DNA from: Armatimonadota bacterium
GTDB lineage: Bacteria > Armatimonadota > SYMT01
Length of the DNA stretch: 64,000 nt
NCBI GenBank assembly: GCA_041690135.1
Contig: JAWLHY010000004.1
Coordinates: 32,001-96,000, forward strand
Reading direction: 5' to 3'
Part shown: one piece after another, positions 23,132 through 33,840 of the stretch
Numbering within the stretch: the stretch's first letter is position 1
How the letters are laid out: every line of letters starts with the position of its first letter
The notes under the pieces: generated by a model
The model's database searches: none
What the model was told of the DNA's origin: nothing
What the model saw: only the letters and a program-made list of their open reading frames with translations
Made by a program: the position numbers and the translations under genes

Positions 23132-24490
23132 ATGAAGATGGGCAGAGCATCAGCGATTGCGGACATGCAGGAACCGGTGGAAGCGAGCGATGCACTGGAA
23201 CTGCTGTGGGACGAAGAAACGGATCCCGGTCTTCCCGAAATGGATGACTTGCCGGCAGAGGGAGCCGATCCGCGGAGCCCCACCGCATCGGAATTGCCGG
23301 TCCGGATTGCAGCCCTGGTCCGCCGCTGCGCGCCGTTGGAGCCAAAACCGCTGCTAAAGCCGACGCCGCGCTCCTATCAGGACGAGGCTCTGGCGGCCTG
23401 GCTGGAAGAAGGGGGCCGTGGCGTGGTGGTCCTCCCCACCGGAGCGGGCAAGTCGATCCTGGCAATGATGGCGGTAGTACGCCTGGGGGTGCGTCCGCTG
23501 GTCGTCGTCCCCACGCTGGAACTCCTCAAGCAGTGGGCCGAAGGTCTTTCCACTCATCTGGGGCTGCCCGCGGAGAGTGTCGGCGTCGTGGGCGGCGGTG
23601 CGCGCCGCATCGGCCCGGCCACGGTCATCACCTACGACTCCGCCTGGCGCCGGCCACGCGACCTGCGGTCGTTCGGGTTACTGGTCTTCGACGAAGTCCA
23701 TCACCTCCCCGCGGCTTCTTACCGCCGCATCGCGGATGCTTCGGAAGCACCGTTTCGCCTCGGCCTTACAGCCACCCCCGAGCGGGGTGACTTCCGCCAC
23801 AGCGACCTGGATGAACTGGTGGGACCGGTAGTCTTCCGTCGCTCGCCCGCGGAACTCTCACGGAGCCGGCACATCGCGCGCTTCCGCCAGGAGCGGCTCT
23901 TCATCGAGCTCACGGAAGAGGAAGAGTTCGAGTACCACCAGCTTATGGCGCAATTCAAGTGGTACATGGCGCAGAAACGGCTGTGGGGCCAGGGCTTTCA
24001 GCGACTCGTCTTCCGTGCTGCCTCCGATCCCGGGGCGCGGGAGGCGCTGCGGTGCCACCAGCGAGCCCGGCAGGTCGCCCTCAATGCTTCCCGGAAAGCG
24101 ACCGAGGTGCTGAATCTCCTCCAGCGTCACACCGACGACCGGGTGCTCATCTTCTGCGAGTTCACCTCCGTGGTGGATAGCTTGAGTCGCCAGCTACTGC
24201 TTCCCTCCGTCACCTACCGCACCCCGCCCGCGGAGCGACGCCTGACCCTGCAGCGCTTCCGCAGCGGCGTTTACACGAAGCTGGTGACCGGACGGGTGTT
24301 GAACGAAGGGGTCGACGTGCCGGACGCCAATGTCGCCATTGTGGTCAGCGGCAGCTCCACGCCCCGCGAGCAGATCCAGCGTCTCGGGCGAGTACTGCGC
24401 CCCAAAGAGGAGGAAGCAGTCCTCTACGAGTTGGTCGCGCGGGGAACCGTGGAAGAGCGCGCTGCCCGCGCCCGCAAGGTCCGGGACTGA
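23132..24490 (+). CDS. XPB/Ssl2-like superfamily II helicase
   Basis: PRSYQ, LPTGAGKS, FDEVHH, LGLTAT, EGVDVP, QRLGRVLR. Confidence 0.92.
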   Translation: MKMGRASAIADMQEPVEASDALELLWDEETDPGLPEMDDLPAEGADPRSPTASELPVRIAALVRRCAPLEPKPLLKPTPRSYQDEALAAWLEEGGRGVVVLPTGAGKSILAMMAVVRLGVRPLVVVPTLELLKQWAEGLSTHLGLPAESVGVVGGGARRIGPATVITYDSAWRRPRDLRSFGLLVFDEVHHLPAASYRRIADASEAPFRLGLTATPERGDFRHSDLDELVGPVVFRRSPAELSRSRHIARFRQERLFIELTEEEEFEYHQLMAQFKWYMAQKRLWGQGFQRLVFRAASDPGAREALRCHQRARQVALNASRKATEVLNLLQRHTDDRVLIFCEFTSVVDSLSRQLLLPSVTYRTPPAERRLTLQRFRSGVYTKLVTGRVLNEGVDVPDANVAIVVSGSSTPREQIQRLGRVLRPKEEEAVLYELVARGTVEERAARARKVRD

Positions 24491-24558
24491 GCTGGGGAAG
24501 GGAGCTGGTGAGGGGTGAGTGGTGAGTGGTGAGTGGAATTTGGAGAGGCGAAGCGGAG

Positions 24559-25920
24559 ATGAGTTTTCGATTGGTGGATTTGAAGAAGACGGTACGCAAG
24601 GGGAAGGACGGCTACCAGGTAACTCCCGCGCGCCTGGAAGGGCGCCAGGAGCAGTACCGGATTGAGTTCCTGCTGGGGCAGTTCGAGCAACACCTGGGAC
24701 AGCCCCGGAAGAACCTGGACCCCGCGGTCTTGCTGGATTTCGTGGGAGACGCTCGGATCGGGCGGGGTCTCCTGGCCACCCTTTCGCAGTGGTACCGCAT
24801 GCGGCCGCGCACGTTCACGGAAGTCCTCACAGCACCAGGGCCGGAGAAAAGGGCACGGGGTCGCGGAGATATAGCGGGCGATAAGAGCAGCGATGAACGT
24901 CTTCGACACCTGGCGGAGCTGGGCATAGAGGGACCCGCCGACCTGCGGGCCTGGTTGTATGCCGCCGTGAACCGGGGAGGCGGCGGGTTTCTGGCCCCGG
25001 CCGACGAAACACTCTTTTGGAAGATCCAGGCCCGCGCGCTGGGAATCGGCCGGGAAGAGTTGGAGCTGATGATGCTTCTCGATCGTACCGAAGAAGCGGT
25101 CCTGGTGCGCACCGGTCCGCGCCCCACGGCGGCGGATGTGATCGCGGCCTATAACGCCCGCGCCCACACAACTCTACTCCGCTCCTGCGCGGAACTCACC
25201 CTCCGGTGCGATGGCCGGCGCGAAGCCCTCGCAACGGCCCTGGAGAGTTGGGCCGCTCCGCTGGGTGTAGAGGGGCGGGTGGATGGCTCCTGCGTCACGC
25301 TCCTTGGCCAGGCGGACGTCCTGGGCTGCTGGACGCGTCACGGTCGCAAGCTGGAACGAGTGGCTCTCGAACTCCTGGGCCTACCGGAGCTCCAGGTGCG
25401 AGAGGCGCGTGGTCTCCTGGGTATCGGAGAACGGGAGTGCGGCTTCGCCTGGAAAGGAGAGACCCTCGCCCTCCTGACCGCCGGAAGCGAATGTCCGCTC
25501 CGCCATGAGCCGCTGGAAAGGATCGAGGCGCTTGCGACCGGCCTCCGGCGTCTGCGAACGGAAACGGATGGAGGCATTTCCTGGGGCGTACGGCGGCCGG
25601 GTCAGCTCCTCGGCGTAGCCGGCGGCGCCTGCCTTCCCCATCTGGAGCTCCGCTACAACGATCTCGCCCTCTACCTCCGGTTGACAGAGGCTGGAGAGGG
25701 TGCGCAGTGGCCTCGGACCTTCGCCGGCAAGACCCCGATCGGATTGATCGAGGGAAAGTCGGGAGACACCGCCACGCGCGTCCACCTCGCCGGGGCCGAG
25801 CCGCGATCATGCGAACTGGGGGACCTGGGAGCTCTCCTTCGCGAACATTGCTCACGGCTGGCCCCTGAACTCTACCCACAGCCCCGCGCGACCGGCCGGC
25901 AACTCCCGCAAGCCGCGTGA
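24559..25920 (+). CDS. DUF790/Bax1-like protein with a degenerate nuclease motif
   Basis: Directly follows the XPB-like helicase; IGRGLLATL, IAAYNARAHTTLL and TRHGRKL resemble DUF790 blocks. Confidence 0.6.
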   Translation: MSFRLVDLKKTVRKGKDGYQVTPARLEGRQEQYRIEFLLGQFEQHLGQPRKNLDPAVLLDFVGDARIGRGLLATLSQWYRMRPRTFTEVLTAPGPEKRARGRGDIAGDKSSDERLRHLAELGIEGPADLRAWLYAAVNRGGGGFLAPADETLFWKIQARALGIGREELELMMLLDRTEEAVLVRTGPRPTAADVIAAYNARAHTTLLRSCAELTLRCDGRREALATALESWAAPLGVEGRVDGSCVTLLGQADVLGCWTRHGRKLERVALELLGLPELQVREARGLLGIGERECGFAWKGETLALLTAGSECPLRHEPLERIEALATGLRRLRTETDGGISWGVRRPGQLLGVAGGACLPHLELRYNDLALYLRLTEAGEGAQWPRTFAGKTPIGLIEGKSGDTATRVHLAGAEPRSCELGDLGALLREHCSRLAPELYPQPRATGRQLPQAA

Positions 25921-25942
25921 GTTTTCGGTTTCTCTTCCCGGG

Positions 25943-26410
25943 GGCGGGCGAGTCGCCCGCCCCACTGGACGGCTACCGGTTTGCAGTCCGGGTACCAGGA
26001 CATGATCCTGGTCGGGGACAGCCCTAACTCCGCCGGGTGTACGCCCCGACCCTACAGAACGGCTACCGGCTCCCAATCCGAGTGCGAAGGCAAGAGACAC
26101 ATCCGCCGGCGGGCGAGACGCCCGCCCCACACCCGCCATCTTTCGTCATCGCAATCGCAATCCTGAGCGAACTCTGGCGGGCGAGACGCCCGCCCCACTT
26201 TCCGCTCCCCAAGCTCCCGCTCCTACACCGCCTGTTCACCACCCCCTACCTTCTGCCCCCCTGCCCCCTACCTTCTGCCCCCCTGCCCCCTACCTTCTGC
26301 CCCCCTGCCCCCTGCCTTCTGCCTTCTGCCTTCTGCCTTCTGCCTTCTGCCCCATGCCCACCCTCGTGATCGTGATCGGATTCTGGCGGGCGGGACGCCC
26401 GCGCTCCTCC
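25943..26410. repeat. Cluster of palindromic REP-like repeats plus a heptamer tandem tract
   Basis: Four GGCGGGCG(A/G)G(A/T)CGCCCGC copies (about 25944, 26107, 26176, 26385) and a CCTTCTG/CCCCCTG/CCCCCTA heptamer array at about 26243-26360. Confidence 0.75.
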
Positions 26411-26616
26411 TACTCACCACTTACATCTGTTGAGTGTTTCCAGTCCCAAGGGAAGAGGGGGTGTCTAAGGTGAATTGCAGAGATAGTCCCGATTCCCCGC
26501 GCCGGCAATGATTGCCCCCCTGGGTGGGGCACCCTGGGGGTGGTGGGACGCGGCAGATCCGCGCGGGTCCGGGCGAATTTGGGCGGGACAGAAGCATCGG
26601 AACAAGGAGTGTGGAG

Positions 26617-28725
26617 ATGGCCGAAGCCCATCCCCCAATCGTGGCCCTGGTACGACTCGCCGTTGAGCACGTAGCCGCAGACCCGGTTGACGAGCAGCGT
26701 TACCTCGAGCTGAATTTTGCCGTTGATCGGGCCGTCGAGCAGAACCTGCGCTACCGTGAACTGCTCCAGGTATTCGAAACCGGTGCGGAATCGGCGCCTC
26801 CCGATGCGGCCTGGGCCTGGCGGCTCGCGGCCGGCCTCAGCGCCAACCTCATGGGCGACACCCAGGCCGCCGTCCGGCTCCTGGAGGAAGGCCGTTTCGG
26901 CCTGGAAATGGTGGGGAAGGACCACACCGCCATTGCATCCTTCCTGCTGGGGGAACTCGCTCGCGCCTGTTACCATCAAGCCGACCATCGCGCCGGAGTG
27001 GAGGCCGCCACGCAGGCTCTCCAGATCGCGCGGGCCGTCAACTCCCCGCTCGCGGAGGCCTACGCCCACCATTACCTCGGCCTCATCAGTATCCGACGCC
27101 GCGACTTCGCCTATGCCCGCCGGCACGTCACGCGGGCACGCGACCTTTTCGAGCGGATGAACCAGCGCCTCGGCCGGGCGCGGGTGCTGGATTCCCTTGC
27201 TTCCCTCGAAATGGAAGAGGGCCGCAACGATACGGCGCAGGCCATGCTGGAGGAGTGCCTGGCGGTTAAGGAGGAACTGCACGATCTGCGGGGCCAGGCG
27301 CTCACGTGCGGGAACCTGGCGCGGCTCTACGCCGTGCTGGGCGATTATCCACTGGCGATGCACTACCTGGATCGCGAGCAGGCACTCACGACCCGGGTAG
27401 GCGACGAGCGCAACGCCAATCTGGTCAGGATCCAGCTAGGCGAGCTCCATCTCCGGCACGGCGAGCCCGACCTGGCGTGCCAGGAGTTGACGGCCGCCCG
27501 CGACCTGGCCCGGCAGCGCCAGGACCTCCGCGCCGAAGCGCACGCCTGCTTCGCTCTCGCCCAGGTGGAACATCAACTCGGACGCCGCCAGGAGGCTTTG
27601 CAAGCGGTCGAACGCGCTTGCGAGTACTTTTCCGACAGCGAGGATGACGTGATGCGCGACCGGGCGTTGATCCGGCTTGCGCTCCTGCAGGGGTTCGGGC
27701 TGGACGCCCCCGACATCCACGAGCCCCTGGACCGACTGCGAGCCGCGCACGCTTCCGGTCCCCTCGCGGAGACGCTGTATGAAGTGGCTACCTGGGCGCA
27801 CGCGCGCGGGCAAACCGGAGAAGCGACCGCCCTCTACACCGAAGCGCTCGACGTAGCGGATCCGCCGCTGGCCGCGCAGCTGGCCGCCGCTATGCGGCAG
27901 CGGGCGGAGAGCGGAGAGAGCCGAGCCTGGGTGGACGCGATGCTGACTGTGCAGGATCAAAAGGATCGGTTGGAACAGGCCTATGCCGAGCTGCGCCGTG
28001 CCGAGAGCCTGCGCGAATCCCTCACTCAGATGATCGTCCACGATCTCAAGAACCCCCTCACCGCCATTACCCCGTGGCTCGAAACCATCCAGATGGGGGG
28101 CCTCACCCAGGATGAAAGTTCCGAGTATCTGCAAACGGTCATCGATGAGTGCGGCTATTTGCTTCGGATGATCGAGGACTTGAACGACGTTGGAAAGATG
28201 CAGTACGAAGGCCGCATCGATCTCGTGTGCGAACCGCTGGACCTGCCGCCGTTGTTGCGCGAAGTCGGCGAGCGGCTGCAGGGCCGCGCCCGTGACAACG
28301 GCATGCGCGTGAGGGTGGCCGAGTTGCCGGCGTTACCCAACGTCTCCGGTGATCGGAACAAACTCCGCCGGGTGCTGGAGAACCTGGTGGCCAACGCGAT
28401 CAAGTACGGACGGCCCCCGGAAGAGAGCGGCCGGCCCCCGGAAGTGGTACTGGCGTCTGCCCTAGAACCGGCCCACCCGGAAGGCGAAGGTCCATCGGTG
28501 AGGGTAGAAGTCCGCGATTTCGGCGAGGGGATTCCCCTCCTGGAGGCGGAGCGTGTCTTCGAGCCCTACTACCAGGCCGAGGCCGGCCGGCGGCGGAAGG
28601 CCGGAGTCGGCCTCGGGCTTGCGTTCTGCCGCATGGTGGTGGAAGCCCATGGCGGGACAATCTGGACCGAGCCGAATCCAGGAGGCGGCACCGTTTTCGC
28701 GTTCCGGCTGCCCGTGGCACTCTAG
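26617..28725 (+). CDS. TPR-repeat sensor histidine kinase
   Basis: TPR-like helices followed by VHDLKNPL, ENLVANAIKY, DFGEGI, GVGLGL. Confidence 0.9.
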   Translation: MAEAHPPIVALVRLAVEHVAADPVDEQRYLELNFAVDRAVEQNLRYRELLQVFETGAESAPPDAAWAWRLAAGLSANLMGDTQAAVRLLEEGRFGLEMVGKDHTAIASFLLGELARACYHQADHRAGVEAATQALQIARAVNSPLAEAYAHHYLGLISIRRRDFAYARRHVTRARDLFERMNQRLGRARVLDSLASLEMEEGRNDTAQAMLEECLAVKEELHDLRGQALTCGNLARLYAVLGDYPLAMHYLDREQALTTRVGDERNANLVRIQLGELHLRHGEPDLACQELTAARDLARQRQDLRAEAHACFALAQVEHQLGRRQEALQAVERACEYFSDSEDDVMRDRALIRLALLQGFGLDAPDIHEPLDRLRAAHASGPLAETLYEVATWAHARGQTGEATALYTEALDVADPPLAAQLAAAMRQRAESGESRAWVDAMLTVQDQKDRLEQAYAELRRAESLRESLTQMIVHDLKNPLTAITPWLETIQMGGLTQDESSEYLQTVIDECGYLLRMIEDLNDVGKMQYEGRIDLVCEPLDLPPLLREVGERLQGRARDNGMRVRVAELPALPNVSGDRNKLRRVLENLVANAIKYGRPPEESGRPPEVVLASALEPAHPEGEGPSVRVEVRDFGEGIPLLEAERVFEPYYQAEAGRRRKAGVGLGLAFCRMVVEAHGGTIWTEPNPGGGTVFAFRLPVAL

Positions 28726-29002
28726 ATTTTCTTTCGAAATCAATCCACACCACGTTATTTGGCACCATTCTTGCTACGACCAAAGGTTGATAAGCGACCG
28801 TGCATCGACCGATGGAATGCTTGGTGCCCGAACGGTGGAGAAAGTCAGATCTATCTCGGTAGCTCTGTAGGAATCTGTTGCGGCATGCAGCGAACTGGGT
28901 GAGCAAGCGTCTGCAGGTAGGAATGCAGGCGAACACCAGGAGCGGTCGACGGCACACCCCGATACACCCGCCTTCGGGGGCCGCCAAAGAAAGGAACGCT
29001 CA

Positions 29003-31180
29003 ATGCCGAAACGGTACCTGTGGCTCGGGGGCCTGATGGTGGGCCTGACCGGGCTTGCGGGTGCGAGCCAACCCAGCATGCCGGGCCTGCAGAACTTCGC
29101 GGAATGGAAGGCGCTTCCACCTGCGGCCCTGGAAAAACTCGCCCCCAATCTACGGACTCATCCGGTGTCCTCCCCGCAGGACGAGTCCCGCTCGTATATC
29201 GTCCAGTTCCAGAGGGAGGCAGATCGCCCGGCCATCCTTCGCGGTGCGGGCGTCACAACGGTCCGAAACTACGCCCACCTCCCCATGGCCGCCGTCGAGG
29301 CGGACGACCGCGGGCTGCGACACCTCGCTTTGAACGCCGGTGTCAGGCGCATCAGCCTCGACGCAACGGTCAAGCGATCGATGGACACGGCCATTCCCAC
29401 CGTCGGCGCCGACCTGGCACACCAGAAGGGCTGGGACGGGCAGGGGGTCGGAATCGCGGTCATCGACAGCGGTATCGCGCGTCATTCGGACCTCGGGCAG
29501 GATGGCGTCCTCCTCGGCCGGTTGCGACAACGGTCGGTCGCCGGTTACGACTTCATCCAGAACTGCGCTGACCGCAACGGTAACGACGCCTGCGGACACG
29601 GAACGATGATCGCGGGCATCGCGGCCGGAAACGCCACCGCCAGCACGAACTTTTGGAGCCCACTGCTCAAGAACACCAAGAGCTTCTATGGAGTGGCGCC
29701 GCAGGCGAACATCCTGAACCTGCGCATCCTCGACCGGCATGGAGTCGGCACCGTACATAACGCCATTGCTGCCATCGACTGGTGCATACAGAACCGCAGC
29801 ACTTACAACATCCGGGTGATGAACCTGTCGCTCGGCCACCCGCCCTACGAGAGCTACCGCACGGACCCCCTCTGCCAGGCGGTGGAAGCCGCATGGAAGG
29901 CCGGGATCGTGGTGGTCTGCGCTGCGGGCAACCGCGGGCGGGCGGTGGCGGACAGCCAGAACGGCGGCACGGCGTACGGTACGATCAACAGCCCCGGCAA
30001 CGATCCCTACGTGATCACTGTCGGTGCGCTGAACGACCAGAACACGCGCTCGCGAGACGATGACTGGATCGCCAGCTTCAGCAGCCGGGGACCTACGGTC
30101 ATCGATCACATCGTCAAGCCGGACCTGGTGGCGCCCGGAAATATGGTGATCAGCCTGCGGCATCCGGGCAGCGAGTTGGAACGGGTGGCCGGCGGCACCA
30201 ACCTGGTATCGCTCAGCTACTATTGGAACCGGAACCTGAGCTTCAACTCGCCGCAGTATTTCCACCTCTCCGGCACCAGTATGGCGGCCGCGGTGGTTAC
30301 CGGGGCCGTGGCACTCATGCTGGAGCGCGACCCCACCGCCACGCCGGACACCGTCAAAGCGCGGTTGATGATCACGGCGCGCAAGCGGTGGCGGGCCGAC
30401 GGGAAGCACCCGGACGTCTTCAGCCGGGGCTCCGGCCTGTTGAACGTACCCCTCGCTTTGCGCGCGAACTTCCACGTCACGGCCCCGGCGCTCTCGCCTT
30501 GGGCCGAGCGCGTGCCCCGGGGCATTCGCCTCCATATGGCGCTGAGCCGCACGGGGGAGACCACCTGGTGGGCCGGGTCCGGGGTTGGCGCCTCACAGGC
30601 GCTCTGGACGGACGACCCTTACTACGACTACCCGCCGCCCCCGCCGGACGACTACGCACCGCCGGGCGAGTATCCCTATCCCTACGATCCCTACATGCCG
30701 CCGCCCCCGGCGGAGCCGGACCCGACGGAGTATCCGGACTATTACCCGCCGCCGCCAGACGACTACTACCCGCCGCCGCCGGACGATTACTACCCGCCCC
30801 CGGGTGAGGAACCGCCACCGCCGGGGGACTATCCGCCGCCGCCGGCTGACGACCCCTACTACTATGAGGACCCATATATTCCGCCGCCCAGCGACGGGAC
30901 TTCCGGGGGACCAGTAGCAGAGTGGCCCGACGATCCCTACAACAACCCGGACGACGGGCAGGCGCTCTGGACGGACAACACCCTCTGGGGTGATTATGCG
31001 GGCTCAGAGCAGCAGGCCCAGTCCGTGTGGAGCAATCAGGCGGTCTGGTCCGACCAACTCGTGGTCGGTGCGGGCGGCATCGTACCGAATCACGCCATCT
31101 GGGCGGACCAGCCGGGAGTGCTCCCCGGATTCAGCATCTGGGCGGACATTTTCCGCCTCTGCATCACCGGTGACCGTTAA
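29003..31180 (+). CDS. Secreted S8 subtilase (AprX-like) with a Pro/Tyr/Asp-rich C-terminal insert
   Basis: Signal peptide; VIDSG, GHGT, AAGN, GTSMA. Confidence 0.9.
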   Translation: MPKRYLWLGGLMVGLTGLAGASQPSMPGLQNFAEWKALPPAALEKLAPNLRTHPVSSPQDESRSYIVQFQREADRPAILRGAGVTTVRNYAHLPMAAVEADDRGLRHLALNAGVRRISLDATVKRSMDTAIPTVGADLAHQKGWDGQGVGIAVIDSGIARHSDLGQDGVLLGRLRQRSVAGYDFIQNCADRNGNDACGHGTMIAGIAAGNATASTNFWSPLLKNTKSFYGVAPQANILNLRILDRHGVGTVHNAIAAIDWCIQNRSTYNIRVMNLSLGHPPYESYRTDPLCQAVEAAWKAGIVVVCAAGNRGRAVADSQNGGTAYGTINSPGNDPYVITVGALNDQNTRSRDDDWIASFSSRGPTVIDHIVKPDLVAPGNMVISLRHPGSELERVAGGTNLVSLSYYWNRNLSFNSPQYFHLSGTSMAAAVVTGAVALMLERDPTATPDTVKARLMITARKRWRADGKHPDVFSRGSGLLNVPLALRANFHVTAPALSPWAERVPRGIRLHMALSRTGETTWWAGSGVGASQALWTDDPYYDYPPPPPDDYAPPGEYPYPYDPYMPPPPAEPDPTEYPDYYPPPPDDYYPPPPDDYYPPPGEEPPPPGDYPPPPADDPYYYEDPYIPPPSDGTSGGPVAEWPDDPYNNPDDGQALWTDNTLWGDYAGSEQQAQSVWSNQAVWSDQLVVGAGGIVPNHAIWADQPGVLPGFSIWADIFRLCITGDR

Positions 31181-31593
31181 GCGGCCAGGAGAAGTGAATG
31201 AACAGAACTGAAAAGGGGTCGTTCCGAGCTGCGGCCCGTGGTGAGGTCGTCATCCGGCCTTTATCCTTTCCCCGGCCGCGGCCGAGCCAGATCCTCTGGA
31301 GTGACTGACGCGCCGGGTCCGCCGGTATCCATCCGGTGACCAAGAAAGCGACAAACGGGGGCTCGTCGATGACGGGCCCCCGCTTTGTTTGGAGGTGTCT
31401 GGCGTCCGGCGCCGGCGCTACGGACGGTCCTCAACAGTCGCCGTTGGGGCCTGACCGTGTATTCCGGGGTGGGTACGGGCCTGAATCCCGGCCATGAAAG
31501 GGAGCCTCTTCAACCGAACCCCGTACCTGCCGATAATCTCCCAGAAGCCATTTCCGCAATCCCTCTCCACCGGTACACCTTCGCAGGAGAACC

Positions 31594-32586
31594 ATGCACA
31601 TTCGCCAGCGCGCCCTCCAATTCTGCCTCGCATTGGCTGTGGGGCTCGGAACGATCCCCGGCAGCCTGGCGGCTCCCTCCAACAACACGGGTAGAGCCAC
31701 GGCGCCGGCCAGGTCCGGCACCACCCGTGCCCCGAAACCAACCGTCCCCGGCAAAACTCCGCTCCGCCGCCTCGCCCGTCCGGATTCCGCTGCGTTCGGA
31801 GCGCTACCGTCCGGCCGTTCTTCCGGGATTGCCGGCCTCCTGGCCGGTAATTCGGCGGATCTGCTCGTATTCGAACGGCTCATGGAGAGACGGGTAACCA
31901 CTACCGTGCGGGGAATCCGTTTTGTGACCGGCGAACTCGCCGGGGAACCGGTCGTTGCGGCGGCATGTGCGGGTGGAAAGCTGAATGCGGCCCTGGTGAC
32001 GACCGCCCTGATCGAAAAGTTTCAGCCAGCGGAAATCGTGCTCACCGGAACGGCGGGAGCGCTGAAGGCGGCGCTTGCGCCGGGCGACCTGTTGGTTGCG
32101 GAGCGGACTGCGTTCTTTGATATTGGCCTGCTGGGTCCGGACGGTCTCCAGCCCCAATCGCCCCTCGATTCCAGCGGGGACGAATTGCCGATGCACTTTA
32201 CAGCCGACCGGCGGATGCTCGCCGCTGCCGCCGCCGTTGCCCGGGAACTCTCCGCAACGCGGAGCAAAGCGAGTGTCCCCAGGATTGTTCGCGGTCTCCT
32301 CGTCTCCGGAGATTCCTTCATTGCGTCAACCCGTCACCGGGACGAGATCGCCGCCCGCACCGGCGGTGAAGCCGTGGACAGTGACGCCGCCGCTGTCGCC
32401 CAAATATGCGCGCAAGAGCGCCTGCCACTCCTGATCGTCCGGGGAATCAGTCATCGTGCCGGTGAGCAAGCGGTAGAGGAACACCGCCGCAATCGCTCGG
32501 TAGTGGCGGGAAACTGCGCGCGTTACGTGGCGGCCGTGCTCCAACGGCTGAAGGCGTCCCGCGTGACGTCGTCCCCCAATCGCTGA
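31594..32586 (+). CDS. Exported MTA/SAH nucleosidase-like (PNP_UDP_1) protein, divergent
   Basis: GGKLNAA, TGTAGAL, PGDLLV, SGDSFI, IVRGIS; signal peptide and Pro/Ala/Thr-rich linker. Confidence 0.75.
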   Translation: MHIRQRALQFCLALAVGLGTIPGSLAAPSNNTGRATAPARSGTTRAPKPTVPGKTPLRRLARPDSAAFGALPSGRSSGIAGLLAGNSADLLVFERLMERRVTTTVRGIRFVTGELAGEPVVAAACAGGKLNAALVTTALIEKFQPAEIVLTGTAGALKAALAPGDLLVAERTAFFDIGLLGPDGLQPQSPLDSSGDELPMHFTADRRMLAAAAAVARELSATRSKASVPRIVRGLLVSGDSFIASTRHRDEIAARTGGEAVDSDAAAVAQICAQERLPLLIVRGISHRAGEQAVEEHRRNRSVVAGNCARYVAAVLQRLKASRVTSSPNR

Positions 32587-32781
32587 TAGAGTAAGTTACC
32601 AATTAAGAAACAAGCACGTCTCCGCACCTCCCCGATCGCTGCCACGATCCGACGGGCGTGCTCAATAGAGACGTTCCCCGCCAGCAGCATCGACCAAAGG
32701 TCCCATTGGGGACCGGCAGATTAGGGGCGCCCTCGCAATGCAGGCCCCTGATTGATTCGTCTGCCTGGAGATGGGTTCTTA

Positions 32782-33828
32782 ATGGCGGTAACCATTCGAG
32801 ACGTGGCGAAGCTGGCAGGCACTTCCACCGCCGCGGTGTCGGCCGTCCTCAGCGGCAGCAGTCGGACCAACATACGGGTCAGCGAAGTCACCCGCGCCCG
32901 GATCATTGCCGCCGCGCGCGAGTTGGGCTTTACGCCGAACCCCCTGGCGCGCGGGCTGGTAACGGGAAAAACTCGGGTCCTCGGGGCCGTATTCCCCTAC
33001 CTCAGCACGCTGATCTATCAGAACCCGTTCTGCATGAAAGTGCTTAGCGGGGTGACCGAGGAGCTCATTCGGCAGCGGTACAACCTGATGTTTCACACCG
33101 CGCTGGGGGACGATTGGACTCGGGCCGACCCCAATGCGCTGCTCGACCGCCGGGTAGACGGACTGCTCCTCTTCGCACCCCCGCTCGGGAGTCCGCTGAT
33201 CGAGCGCTGCCTGGAATCCCGCTTCCCCGCCGTGGCTATCGTGCATCCCGCCAACCCGCAGGGTTTGCCTTCGGTCAACGCGGAGGACTATACCGGCGGG
33301 AAACTGGCCGCGGAACACCTCCTCGCGCTGGGACACCGCCGGCTGGCCCACTTCACCGGCGACCCGCATGGGGCTGCCAGCGTCCCCCGACGCCTCGGCT
33401 TCACGGAGACTCTCGAGCAGGCGGGGGTGGCGATCCGTCCGGAATGGGTTATCGAGGCCGGCTTCGATTGGAAGGACGGCTATGCAGCCGCGGAACGCCT
33501 CTTCGCGCTCCCGCGGGACCAGAGGCCGACGGCGGTGTTTGCGGCGAATGATCTTTGCGCCAGTGGATTGCTCCGGTATGCCCGCGAGCACGGTATTCAG
33601 GTTCCGGAAGAAGTGGCGGTGGTCGGCTTCGACGATACCTGGTTCGCGGAACGGACCGACCCACCTCTCACCAGCATCCATGTTCCCCTGTACACCATGG
33701 GCATCCTGGCCGCCGATTTGCTGATAAGCCTCATCGAAGGCCGGGAGATCAAGCAACGCCACGCCACTCTGCCCGTTGCGCTCAAAGTACGTGCCTCAAC
33801 GGTGGGGGCCTCGGAACCAGTCTCGTAG
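32782..33828 (+). CDS. LacI-family transcriptional regulator
   Basis: TIRDVAKLAGTSTAAVSAVL, PNPLARGL, AANDLCA, VVGFDD. Confidence 0.93.
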   Translation: MAVTIRDVAKLAGTSTAAVSAVLSGSSRTNIRVSEVTRARIIAAARELGFTPNPLARGLVTGKTRVLGAVFPYLSTLIYQNPFCMKVLSGVTEELIRQRYNLMFHTALGDDWTRADPNALLDRRVDGLLLFAPPLGSPLIERCLESRFPAVAIVHPANPQGLPSVNAEDYTGGKLAAEHLLALGHRRLAHFTGDPHGAASVPRRLGFTETLEQAGVAIRPEWVIEAGFDWKDGYAAAERLFALPRDQRPTAVFAANDLCASGLLRYAREHGIQVPEEVAVVGFDDTWFAERTDPPLTSIHVPLYTMGILAADLLISLIEGREIKQRHATLPVALKVRASTVGASEPVS

Positions 33829-33840
33829 GATCCGTACTCG

